DNA of 64,000 nt from Candidatus Saccharimonadales bacterium (GTDB taxonomy: Bacteria; Patescibacteriota; Saccharimonadia; UBA4664; SCTI01), in NCBI GenBank assembly GCA_035479795.1, contig DATIII010000002.1, positions 84,034 to 148,033 of the forward strand, in the 5' to 3' direction. This document shows, piece by piece, positions 29,173-37,720 of the stretch. The first letter of the stretch is position 1. Every line of letters begins with the position of its first letter. The notes below the pieces were generated by a model. That model ran no database searches, had not been told where the DNA came from, and saw nothing but the letters and a program-made list of their open reading frames with translations. Made by a program: the position numbers and the translations under genes.

Positions 29173-30282
29173 TTAGGAGCCAAACTGAATTTTGCGACGC
29201 CGCACGGCAATTGATTCCAGCAACCCCACCGCTAGCAGCGAGATTAGCAGGCTGGTACCACCGTAAGAGATAAATGGCAGCGGAATACCGGTAACCGGTA
29301 GGAGCCCAACATTCATACCGATATTAATGAATATATGAAACAGCAGCATTGTAACTATGCCGGCAGCTACTAGCATCCCAAACCGATCTTCGGCGCGGGC
29401 GGCTATCACCACACCACGCAGCAACAACCCTACAAATAAGACAATCACTAACATCGCACCGACAAACCCTAGCTTCTCGGCCAACACGGCAAAAATAAAA
29501 TCAGTGTGTTGAGACGGCAGAAAGTTTAATTGGCTTTGAGAGCCCGCAGCCAGCCCTCGGCCAAATAGCTGTCCGCTGCCAACTGCAATGGTCGATTGCA
29601 CCACATTGTAGCCGGTGTGCAATGGGTCCGCCGTAGGGTTCAAGAACACCGCCAGGCGGGCCCGTTGGTAGGGCTTCAGATGAGGTATGATCACCGGAAT
29701 GGAGGCTACGGCCAACCCAAACAGCGCGGCCAAGTACGAAAACCGCATTTTGGCGACCAAGGCCATGGCGGCCCAGATTATTAATAGCACCATGGCAGTC
29801 CCCAGATCGGGCTGAGCCAAAACCAAGCCGACCGGAATGAGCGTGTAGATTAATGAAACAATCAAGTGGCGGGGGTTATCCAGAAAGTCATAATTGTCAC
29901 TGAAATATTTCCCCAGCACCAAGATAAGCACCAGCTTTGCAAACTCCGAGGGTTGGAATTGAAAGAAGCCAAAGTTGATCCAGCGCGTAGCGCCTAGGGC
30001 GGTTTTACCCAGCACCAGCACCGCCACCAAGCTAATGATCATGCCTAAATAAAGCAGCCAAGTTACCTTCGACCAGCCACGATAATCCATGCGGGCTATC
30101 AGCACCATGGCCACTACGCTGATGCCGGCAAAAATCAACTGATGAGCCGCATCCACCGGCGTTATTTGATCAACCGCCTTAAACGATGTCGAATATATGA
30201 CAATCAACCCAATGACGGTTAACAGTCCGGCTAGGCCAAATAATATCCAGTCAAAATTCCGCCAAAACCTCGAGGCAAACAT
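29173..30282 (-). CDS. SEDS-family peptidoglycan glycosyltransferase (FtsW/RodA)
   Basis: 369 aa with about 10 transmembrane helices and the SEDS pattern, including GYNVVQSTIAVGSGQLFGRGL. Confidence 0.85.
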   Translation of the reverse strand: MFASRFWRNFDWILFGLAGLLTVIGLIVIYSTSFKAVDQITPVDAAHQLIFAGISVVAMVLIARMDYRGWSKVTWLLYLGMIISLVAVLVLGKTALGATRWINFGFFQFQPSEFAKLVLILVLGKYFSDNYDFLDNPRHLIVSLIYTLIPVGLVLAQPDLGTAMVLLIIWAAMALVAKMRFSYLAALFGLAVASIPVIIPHLKPYQRARLAVFLNPTADPLHTGYNVVQSTIAVGSGQLFGRGLAAGSQSQLNFLPSQHTDFIFAVLAEKLGFVGAMLVIVLFVGLLLRGVVIAARAEDRFGMLVAAGIVTMLLFHIFINIGMNVGLLPVTGIPLPFISYGGTSLLISLLAVGLLESIAVRRRKIQFGS

Positions 30283-30294
30283 GCAGCTATTGTA

Positions 30295-33186
30295 TCAGCT
30301 GGATTTGGCTAAGCTTACTCTTAACTCGGTCCCACCAATCTTGACGTCGGTAGAATAACCTTCAACCGCTTCGGTCAAGGCGACCGTCAAAGTTTCCGCC
30401 CGAATCAGCTTGGAATGAGCCTCAATGGCCTCAGCCACTTCCCCGCTGGCTTTAATACCCAGCTCGATCCGATCGTCCACATCCAGCCCGGCGTCCTTAC
30501 GCGTCTGCTGAACTGTGCGAATTACCTCGCGAGCAATACCTTCGAGCTTCAGCTCCGGGCCAATCTCTGTATCTAGGCGCAATTCTTGACCTTTTACCAC
30601 CTCTTTGACATTCACTTCTTCAGAGATAATTTCCTTCATTTCAAGACGAAAATCGGCCGGGACTTCTAGCTTTGCCAGCGGCTGGCGGACCTTTATGCCT
30701 GCAGCAGCGCGTAAAGATAAGCTATCGGTCACAAAGACGCGTGCGGCTTGCATTTCGCCAATGAGTAACGCTTGCGTTTTAGAAACTTCTGCTTTGGGCC
30801 AGTCGCTCAAATGGACTGACGCCGGCACATCCATGCCTTCCGAAAGTTCGCGCCACATTTTGTCAGCGATAAACGGGCTCCACGGAGCCAGCAGTTGGCT
30901 GATGCGCAAGAGGCAGTAATGCAGCGTGGCATAGGCCGACTGCTTGTCACCATCATCTTCACTCTTCCAGAACCGTCGACGGCTCCGGCGGACATACCAA
31001 TTAGAAAGGTCGTCTATTAAATCGCGCAGCGGGCGAACCGCTCGGGCAATCTGATATTCATCGGCTTGTTTGGTCGCCTCAACGATCGCCTGGTTAACCC
31101 GCGCCAGCATCCATTGATCCAGAACGTTAGCCGACTGCGGCGCTGCCAGTTCCTTGCCTGGCTGCCAGCCGTCAATCTCGGCATACATCGAAAAGAAACT
31201 GTACACATTCCACAGCCGCAAGAAGACATTGCGCTGAACCTCCTGGACGGCTTCGCCCGAAAAACGGACATCCTCACCACTGATCACCGGGCTGGACATA
31301 AAGAAGAAGCGCAACGAGTCAGCACCATACTTATCGAAAACCTCGGCCGGATCGGGGTAGTTATTTAAACGTTTGCTTAGCTTTTTGCCATCAGCCGCCA
31401 GTACCAACCCATTGACTACCACATTCTTAAAGGCGGGCTGGTCAAACAGGGCTGTGCCCAGCACGTGCAGGGTGTAGAACCAGCCGCGGGTCTGATCCAA
31501 GCCCTCGGCGATAAACTCCGCCGGAAAGGCGTTTTTAAAATCTTCTTTGTGCTGAAAAGGATAGTGATCCTGGGCGTAGGGCATGGATCCGGATTCAAAC
31601 CAGCAGTCAAAAACCTCTTCCACGCGAGCATATGTTTTGCCATCTCGCTTGATCTTGATGGCATCAATACCCGGCCGGTGCAGGTCAAATTCTGCCTTAT
31701 GGCCACTTAGTTCGCGCAGTTCATCAAGAGAGCCAACCACTATATAGTCGTCTTTATCGTCAACGTTGACCCAAATGGGCAAAGGCGCGCCCCAGAAGCG
31801 ATTGCGACTAAAGTTCCAATCGCGAGCATCGGCCAGCCAATTGCCAAAACGACCTTGCTTAATATGGGCGGGCACCCAATTGACTTGATTGTTAGTTTCA
31901 ACCAGCTTATCGCGTAACTGCGAAACCTTAATGTACCAAGTTTCGATGGCGAAATACATAAGCGGCGTCTCGCAGCGCCAGCAGAAGGGGTAAGTATGCT
32001 CGGCAGTTTCAGCGGCAAACAGCCTGCCGGCCCTTCCGAGATCTTCAATAATATGGGCGTCAGCGTCCTTAAAGAACATTCCGGCAAACTCACCCATCTC
32101 TCCTGTCATATTACCGAATCCATCGACACTTTCGATGAGCGGCAAATCCTCTTTTAGACCTAATGCTAAATCTGTCTCCCCATATCTGGGAGCCACGTGC
32201 AAAATACCTGTGCCATCTTCTAAAGAAACTGATTCGTCGGCGTAAACCTTCCAGGCATTCTGAGCTTTATCAGGATCAATTGCGGCTAGTTCATAAAGTG
32301 GGTGATAACGCTTACCTGCCAAATCCTGGCCTTTGTGCTGGGCCACCAGCTTGTATTCGGCCTGGCGCAGTTCAAGTTCGCTCAGCCGAGACTTGGCTAG
32401 AACTAATCGCTCACCTTTTTGCCAACTATCACCATTATCCTGGAGTTCAACGGTCACATAGTCTGCTTTGGCATCAACTGCCAAAGCCGCATTCGCAGGT
32501 AGAGTCCATGGTGTTGTGGTCCAGGCCAGCAGCGATGTTTTGTCATCGTCTGCCAGACGAAACTTCACATAAACGCTAGGGTCCGGCACATCGTCTTTGT
32601 AGTTTAAATTGACTTCGAAGTTAGACAGCGGCGTGGCACAGCGCGGGCAATAAGGGTTGGAGCGAAAGCCGCGGTACACCAAATCTTTACGCTGCAGCTC
32701 GCTGAGGACCCACCACACACTTTCAATGTAGTCATCGTCCAATGTGGCATAGCTGTTTTCCATATCAGCCCAGCGGCCAATCCGCCGCATGACGTCTTCC
32801 CATTCATTCTTATATTTAAAGACGCTGGCGCGGGCAGCCTCATTAAACTTCTCGATCCCGAGATCGAGAATCTCGCGCTTAGAATTAATGCCCAACTGCT
32901 TTTCAACAGCGTTTTCAACCGGCAGTCCGTGTGTATCCCAGCCGTTTCGGCGCGGTACATGATAACCCCGCATCGTCTTGTAGCGAGTCACGGCGTCCTT
33001 TTCAGTTAGCGCCACCACGTGTCCATAATGCGGCAGGCCATTGGCAAAAGGTGGGCCGTCATAAAAACTGAAACGCTTGGATCCCTCACGCTTCTGTACC
33101 GACTGCTCAAAAATCTTTTCTTCGTCCCAAACCTTCAGCATTTCGGCTTCGAATCGTGGAAAATCTGCTTGTTCGGCTTTTTTCAT
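30295..33186 (-). CDS. ileS: Isoleucyl-tRNA synthetase
   Basis: HYGH (HIGH), KLSKR (KMSKS) and WNFSRNRFWGAPLP motifs. Start set at MKKAEQ, with GGAG upstream. Confidence 0.93.
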   Translation of the reverse strand: MKKAEQADFPRFEAEMLKVWDEEKIFEQSVQKREGSKRFSFYDGPPFANGLPHYGHVVALTEKDAVTRYKTMRGYHVPRRNGWDTHGLPVENAVEKQLGINSKREILDLGIEKFNEAARASVFKYKNEWEDVMRRIGRWADMENSYATLDDDYIESVWWVLSELQRKDLVYRGFRSNPYCPRCATPLSNFEVNLNYKDDVPDPSVYVKFRLADDDKTSLLAWTTTPWTLPANAALAVDAKADYVTVELQDNGDSWQKGERLVLAKSRLSELELRQAEYKLVAQHKGQDLAGKRYHPLYELAAIDPDKAQNAWKVYADESVSLEDGTGILHVAPRYGETDLALGLKEDLPLIESVDGFGNMTGEMGEFAGMFFKDADAHIIEDLGRAGRLFAAETAEHTYPFCWRCETPLMYFAIETWYIKVSQLRDKLVETNNQVNWVPAHIKQGRFGNWLADARDWNFSRNRFWGAPLPIWVNVDDKDDYIVVGSLDELRELSGHKAEFDLHRPGIDAIKIKRDGKTYARVEEVFDCWFESGSMPYAQDHYPFQHKEDFKNAFPAEFIAEGLDQTRGWFYTLHVLGTALFDQPAFKNVVVNGLVLAADGKKLSKRLNNYPDPAEVFDKYGADSLRFFFMSSPVISGEDVRFSGEAVQEVQRNVFLRLWNVYSFFSMYAEIDGWQPGKELAAPQSANVLDQWMLARVNQAIVEATKQADEYQIARAVRPLRDLIDDLSNWYVRRSRRRFWKSEDDGDKQSAYATLHYCLLRISQLLAPWSPFIADKMWRELSEGMDVPASVHLSDWPKAEVSKTQALLIGEMQAARVFVTDSLSLRAAAGIKVRQPLAKLEVPADFRLEMKEIISEEVNVKEVVKGQELRLDTEIGPELKLEGIAREVIRTVQQTRKDAGLDVDDRIELGIKASGEVAEAIEAHSKLIRAETLTVALTEAVEGYSTDVKIGGTELRVSLAKSS

Positions 33187-33400
33187 GTTTACTCCTAAAA
33201 AATAATCCACCTATTGCAGGGGCTCCGCTATCAGCGGAACGGTGCCACCCTGCTTCAAGTGGACTTCATTTGCCTCGTCTTACGCGGAGGTTACGGCCAG
33301 TTCTAATTTCCGCCGAGGCGGGTTTCTTCCGGCGACCTGCCTACTAGCAGATAGGCTTGCGGGTGATAACCGCTCGAGGTCATTGATATTGTTAATTTAA
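33187..33400 (-). promoter_or_regulatory. Putative T-box leader (tRNA-Ile sensing) upstream of ileS
   Basis: The minus-strand leader contains GCAGGGTGGCACCG, which matches the T-box core AGGGUGGNACCGCG. Two AUCA candidate specifier sequences lie upstream. Several helices and a U-run precede the ileS RBS. Confidence 0.4.
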
Positions 33401-33403
33401 ATT

Positions 33404-33667
33404 CTAACCTGGTACAACCCTGTGCGCAAGCATGGCTAGAAGCTGTAATAGCAAAAAAGCTGCCAGCGGCGTGAAATCAAAAATCCCAGTATTGGGTAAT
33501 AATCGCCGAATTGGCGCCATTATTGGCTCCGTCAGTTCCATAATTAACACCCCAAAGCCACCAGTCGGCATCGGATTCACCCAACTCATCAATACCCGGA
33601 TCAGGATCAAAAGGTTAAATACGAGGACGAAGAGGTCGATGAAGTTGACAACTATCTGGGCCAGCAT
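33404..33667 (-). CDS. yggT: YggT/Ycf19 family membrane protein
   Basis: 87 aa, two transmembrane helices, YggT pattern. Its position upstream of ileS matches the ylmG-ileS synteny. Confidence 0.8.
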   Translation of the reverse strand: MLAQIVVNFIDLFVLVFNLLILIRVLMSWVNPMPTGGFGVLIMELTEPIMAPIRRLLPNTGIFDFTPLAAFLLLQLLAMLAHRVVPG

Positions 33668-33922
33668 CTATGAGTTAGCCAAATAAGAGATGTCAGCAAC
33701 TAGTGGTAGTTGGTCCCATTTGGCCGCAACTTGGCCATCCTGACGCGCCAACACCACGGCCGGGCGGGCCAGAACATCATATAGTTCGGCTAACCGGATG
33801 CCTTCATTCGAATCAGCATCGAGCAGTTTGACATCTACCTTGGCCTTTTCGAGTTCACTTTTAAACCTAGCTATGTCCCGTTCCTCGGGTCCACCGGCGG
33901 TATAAAAAACGTAGGCAGTCAT
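33668..33922 (-). CDS. Hypothetical 84-aa protein
   Basis: An ORF between the nrdJ terminator and yggT. I do not recognise a motif. Confidence 0.45.
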   Translation of the reverse strand: MTAYVFYTAGGPEERDIARFKSELEKAKVDVKLLDADSNEGIRLAELYDVLARPAVVLARQDGQVAAKWDQLPLVADISYLANS

Positions 33923-33928
33923 AAATAC

Positions 33929-33956
33929 AGGATACAGGATTCAGAATTGAGGATCC
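33929..33956 (-). repeat. Array of four tandem heptamers (plus strand AGGATAC AGGATTC AGAATTG AGGATCC; reverse complement NNATYCT)
   Basis: Read directly. Inverted relative to the arrays at 3723-3750 and 15595-15622. Confidence 0.6.
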
Positions 33957-33966
33957 AGAACGTAAG

Positions 33967-34000
33967 AAGGGCTGGGTACGCTTTCGCGCACCCAGCCCTT
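33967..34000 (-). terminator. Terminator hairpin downstream of nrdJ (11-bp perfect stem)
   Basis: AAGGGCTGGGT ...12 nt... ACCCAGCCCTT, read directly. Confidence 0.65.
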
Positions 34001-34011
34001 GGTTTGCGGTA

Positions 34012-36858
34012 TTAGCCGCAGCCGGTGTTGTTACCACAGCTGTTGCAGGTGTAGCACGAGCCCGTCCGCTGCATCATGCCGCCGCACTGGCTGCAGGCCG
34101 GACCCAGCTCCAGGCCGGGCAGGCTGTGGTTGCCATTGCTGGGGGCGGCCGTGATGGACGAACCCATCTCGGCGGTCTCGTTGGCCTTGACCTCGGACGG
34201 CACCTCGGAGGGCGCCACCTCGGTCACCTTCATCTCGCCGGCCGCACCATCGACGAGGGTGGTCTCGGCCAGCTCGGGGATCTGAATACCCAGAGCCTCC
34301 ATGTGCTCGGGCTCGTGCCGCATGTAACGCGACGCCAGCCAGCGCATGATGTAGTCAGGCATGGACTTGGCGAACGGGATCTCCGGGTTGCGGGTAATCC
34401 CCTCTGGCTCGAACTTCATGTGCGAGAACTTGTACACCAGCGTCTCGAGCGGCACCCCGTACTGGAGCGCGATCGAAATCGCCGTGGCAAAGGAGTTCAT
34501 CATCCCCCGCAAGGTCGATCCCTCCTTGCCAATGTCGGTGAGGAAGATCTCCCCAACGGTGCCGTCCTCGTACAAGCCGGCGGTGATGTACCACTCGAAC
34601 CCGGCCACCTCGGCCTTGTGCGTCAGCGACTGCCGCTCCTTGGGCATGCGGTTGCGACGCGGGCCGGCCTCAGCGATGGCCTTGGCCACGATGGCCTCGA
34701 CATCGCTGGGGGTGTAGGCGGCCTTGGCCGCCTGCTTCTTGCCCCCGACGGTGACGTAGGCCTGGGCGGCCTTGGAGCCGTCGACGTAGAGTGCCAGGGC
34801 CTTGACCCCGTGCTTCCACGCCTGGATGTAGGCGTCCATCACGTCCTCGGCGGTGGCCTTCGCAGGGAGGTTGACCGTCTTGGAAATGGCGCCAGAGATG
34901 AAGGGCTGAACCGACCCCATCATCTTGATGTGCCCCATGTGGCTGATCGCCCGCGCCCCAACCGCAACGTCGAACACCGGGAGATGGTCGTCGGACAGGT
35001 GCGGCGCATCGGACAGGTCACCCTTGGCATCGAGGTGCTCGAGGATCTCGTCGATGTGATTCGACTTGTACCCCAAGCTCTCCAGAGCCGGCCGAACCGA
35101 CTGATTGACCATCTTGATCCGGCCGCCGCCCACTAGGTCCTTGAGCTTCACCAAGGAGAAGTCGGGCTCGACGCCGGTGGTGTCGCAATCCATCAGGAAC
35201 GAGATCGTCCCCGTCGGCGCTAGCACCGTGGCCTGGGCGTTGCGGTAGCCATTGATCTCGCCCTCGGCGACCGCTGCTTCCCAGTCCTCCTGGGCTGCAG
35301 CCAGCAGCATGGAGTCCGAGCAGTGCTCGATCTCGCGGCTGGCGTCGCGATGCATGCGCATCACGTTGTTGTGTGGCTCGCGGTTCTCCTCGTAGCGGTC
35401 GTAGGGGCCGACAGCCTCAGCGAACCGCGCCGAGTTGAGGTAGGCCCGTCCGGTCATCAGCGCCGTGATAGCGGCAGCCAGCCCGCGACCCTCGTCGGAG
35501 TCATAGGGCAGGCCGCTCTGCATCAGGTAGGCGCCAAGATCGGCGTAGCCGAGACCAAGCTGCCGGAAAGCCCGTGCGTTGTCCCCGATCTTCTCGGTGG
35601 GATAGCTGGACGGGCCAACGATGATCTCCTGCGCCAGGTAGACGATGTCGACGACGTGGCGCATGGTTGCGACGTCGAACGTGCCATCCGGAAGCCGAAA
35701 CTTGGTCAGACGCAGCGAGGCCAGGTTGCAAGCCGAATCGTCGACATGCATGTACTCGCTGCACGGGTTCGAGGCGTTGATGCGCCCCGAGTTCGGGCAG
35801 GTGTGCCACTGGTTGATGATGGTGTCGAACTGAATGCCGGGGTCAGCGCAGCGCCAGGCTGCGTCGGCCACCGCCACCATCAGCTCGCGAGCCGTCATCG
35901 GCTGACCCGTCTCCGGATCGACCACGTCATGCTGTGAGCCGTCGATCCGCCACCGGACTTGCCAGGGCGCCGTCTCCCCACCCTCCACCAGCGACATGAA
36001 GTCGTCGGTGACGCGGATGGAGTTGTTGGCATTCTGGAAGGGCACCCGCCAGCGATCCTTGCCGTCGACGGACACGTCGTAGCCGAGCGCGTCCAGCTCC
36101 TTGGCAAAGTCCTCAGCATCCGCCTTGCAGCGGGCAAAATGGAGGATGTCCGGATGGTCGACCTCTAGGACAACCATCTTGGCGGCCCGGCGGGTCTTGC
36201 CACCGGACTTGATGACCCCGGCCCAGGCGTCAGCGCCGAGCATGAAGGACACTGGGCCCGAAGCGGTGCCGCCCTTACTGAGCGGCTCCATCGACCCACG
36301 GATCTTCGACAGGTTGATGCCGGAACCCGACCCACCTCGGAAGATCTTCCCCTCCTGGGTGTTCCAGAAGAGGATGTCGTCCATCTCGTCCTCTGTTGAG
36401 AGGATGAAGCAAGCCGAGCACTGCGGCTGCTCCTCGAATCCGACGTTGAACCAGACAGGGCTGTTGAAGGCCGCATACTGGTGGAGCAGGATGTGGGTCA
36501 ACTCGTCGCGAAAGGCGTTGCCGTCTTCCTCGGTCGCGAAGTAACCCAGCTCCTGACCCCAAGCGGCGATCGTGCCGGCAACGCGGCCGATCATCTGCTT
36601 GACGCTGTTCTCGCGCGCCGGCTTATCCAGCTGGCCGCGGAAGTACTTCTGCGACACAATGTTGGTCGCGGTCAAGCTCCAGGTCTTGGGGAACTCGACA
36701 TTCTTCTGCTTGAAGCTGGGGTTGTCAGGATCGCCGATCAGCGCCGTCCGCTTCTCCCACTCGACAGAGTCGAAGGGGTCGGCACCAGGCGTCGTGAAAA
36801 CGCGGCGGACCACCAGACCAGAGTCCTGATCCAGGCGCTGCTGCATGGTTCCAGCCAT
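34012..36858 (-). CDS. nrdJ: Class II (adenosylcobalamin-dependent) ribonucleotide reductase
   Basis: 948 aa with a class II RNR core and a C-terminal Cys-rich tail (CSQCGG...CYTCNSCG). Clearly GC-richer than its neighbours, with long antisense ORFs. Confidence 0.92.
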   Translation of the reverse strand: MAGTMQQRLDQDSGLVVRRVFTTPGADPFDSVEWEKRTALIGDPDNPSFKQKNVEFPKTWSLTATNIVSQKYFRGQLDKPARENSVKQMIGRVAGTIAAWGQELGYFATEEDGNAFRDELTHILLHQYAAFNSPVWFNVGFEEQPQCSACFILSTEDEMDDILFWNTQEGKIFRGGSGSGINLSKIRGSMEPLSKGGTASGPVSFMLGADAWAGVIKSGGKTRRAAKMVVLEVDHPDILHFARCKADAEDFAKELDALGYDVSVDGKDRWRVPFQNANNSIRVTDDFMSLVEGGETAPWQVRWRIDGSQHDVVDPETGQPMTARELMVAVADAAWRCADPGIQFDTIINQWHTCPNSGRINASNPCSEYMHVDDSACNLASLRLTKFRLPDGTFDVATMRHVVDIVYLAQEIIVGPSSYPTEKIGDNARAFRQLGLGYADLGAYLMQSGLPYDSDEGRGLAAAITALMTGRAYLNSARFAEAVGPYDRYEENREPHNNVMRMHRDASREIEHCSDSMLLAAAQEDWEAAVAEGEINGYRNAQATVLAPTGTISFLMDCDTTGVEPDFSLVKLKDLVGGGRIKMVNQSVRPALESLGYKSNHIDEILEHLDAKGDLSDAPHLSDDHLPVFDVAVGARAISHMGHIKMMGSVQPFISGAISKTVNLPAKATAEDVMDAYIQAWKHGVKALALYVDGSKAAQAYVTVGGKKQAAKAAYTPSDVEAIVAKAIAEAGPRRNRMPKERQSLTHKAEVAGFEWYITAGLYEDGTVGEIFLTDIGKEGSTLRGMMNSFATAISIALQYGVPLETLVYKFSHMKFEPEGITRNPEIPFAKSMPDYIMRWLASRYMRHEPEHMEALGIQIPELAETTLVDGAAGEMKVTEVAPSEVPSEVKANETAEMGSSITAAPSNGNHSLPGLELGPACSQCGGMMQRTGSCYTCNSCGNNTGCG

Positions 36859-37070
36859 GTTGATTCTCCTTCCTGCCGCTTTTCGGGCAGATCGTTTGAA
36901 ATGCCCTCGGCAGTCAGACTTGTTGACTTACGTTTGAGAGGACAGGCGAGGTCCTTAAGCACCCTCACCTAAGGTGCCTCGAGTGTCATCTCATGTAAGT
37001 GTTTTTCAACGTTCGTTTGGGTTTAGTACCCATCTGGCCGCTCGAACCACCTCGAGAAGCCGGACGGGGA

Positions 37071-37553
37071 TTAAACCTGCCCGAGACTGCGGGATTTTAG
37101 CTTGGCTACCTCCGCTTCAAAGCTTTCAATGTCGGCAAATGAGCGATACACACTGGCAAACCGTACGTAAGCCACATCGTCCAAGCCCATCAACTTGGTC
37201 ATTACAATCTCGCCGACTTTGGCCGCTGGAATCTCCGCCTCGCCGATGGCCCGGACCTCTCGCTCGATTTCATCAATGACTTCCTCGATCCGGCCAATCG
37301 AAATCGGGCGCTTTTCAGTAGCCCGGTACAGGCCACCCGCCACCTTTTGACGATTAAACGGCTCACGGCGGCCGTCCTTTTTAACTATGGCCACACTCGG
37401 CCGTTCCAGCCGCTCATAGGTTGTAAAGCGCAGACCACACTTAAGACACTGCCGACGCCGGCGAATTGATGCCCCCTCTTCTAAGTCACGTGACTCGATG
37501 ACCTTAGAGTCTAAATATTCACACTCGTGACACTTCACGTGCTTCCCCCACAT
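37071..37553 (-). CDS. nrdR: Transcriptional repressor NrdR (Zn-ribbon + ATP-cone)
   Basis: VKCHECEYLDSKVIESR Zn ribbon and SIRRRRQC. The start could be the ATG at 37553 or a GTG 15 nt downstream. Confidence 0.9.
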   Translation of the reverse strand: MWGKHVKCHECEYLDSKVIESRDLEEGASIRRRRQCLKCGLRFTTYERLERPSVAIVKKDGRREPFNRQKVAGGLYRATEKRPISIGRIEEVIDEIEREVRAIGEAEIPAAKVGEIVMTKLMGLDDVAYVRFASVYRSFADIESFEAEVAKLKSRSLGQV

Positions 37554-37569
37554 TTAGCGTAACCTTTAT

Positions 37570-37629
37570 ACACTATAACGCTAGGCTTACGGATGCCGTC
37601 AAGGCGCTTTTGCACACAATATCTGTAGG
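37570..37629 (-). promoter_or_regulatory. nrdR promoter region with two NrdR-box-like half-site-conserved elements (ACACTATAA..., ACACAATAT...)
   Basis: Plus-strand 37570-37585 and 37614-37629 read against the NrdR-box consensus acaCwAtATaTwGtgt. The left halves are good and the right halves are degenerate. The elements overlap a CTTGAC...TTATAG promoter-like sequence on the minus strand. Confidence 0.35.
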
Positions 37630-37633
37630 CAAC

Positions 37634-37656
37634 AAAAAAGCGGCCTTAAGGTCGCT
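37634..37656 (-). terminator. Intrinsic terminator downstream of ftsZ
   Basis: Minus-strand RNA forms AGCGACC UUAA GGCCGCU followed by UUUUUUG. Confidence 0.55.
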
Positions 37657-37720
37657 TAATGCTTATGGGCATAAGTAAGATCTCTCAACTAGCGCTCGAG
37701 ATAAGGAACGCTTCGCTTCC

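Noticed and set aside
34126-35136. 336-aa plus-strand ORF (and several others of 60-200 aa on both strands) inside nrdJ
   Set aside because: It is antisense to a well-supported nrdJ frame. High GC suppresses stop codons. The protein is Gly/Arg/Leu/Val-rich junk-like and has no RBS.
36859-37070. Purine or 2'-dG riboswitch in the nrdJ leader (three-way junction impression)
   Set aside because: The conserved junction sequences are absent (UAUA, GUUUCUACC and CCGUAAAU-like loops). Only generic nested hairpins are present.
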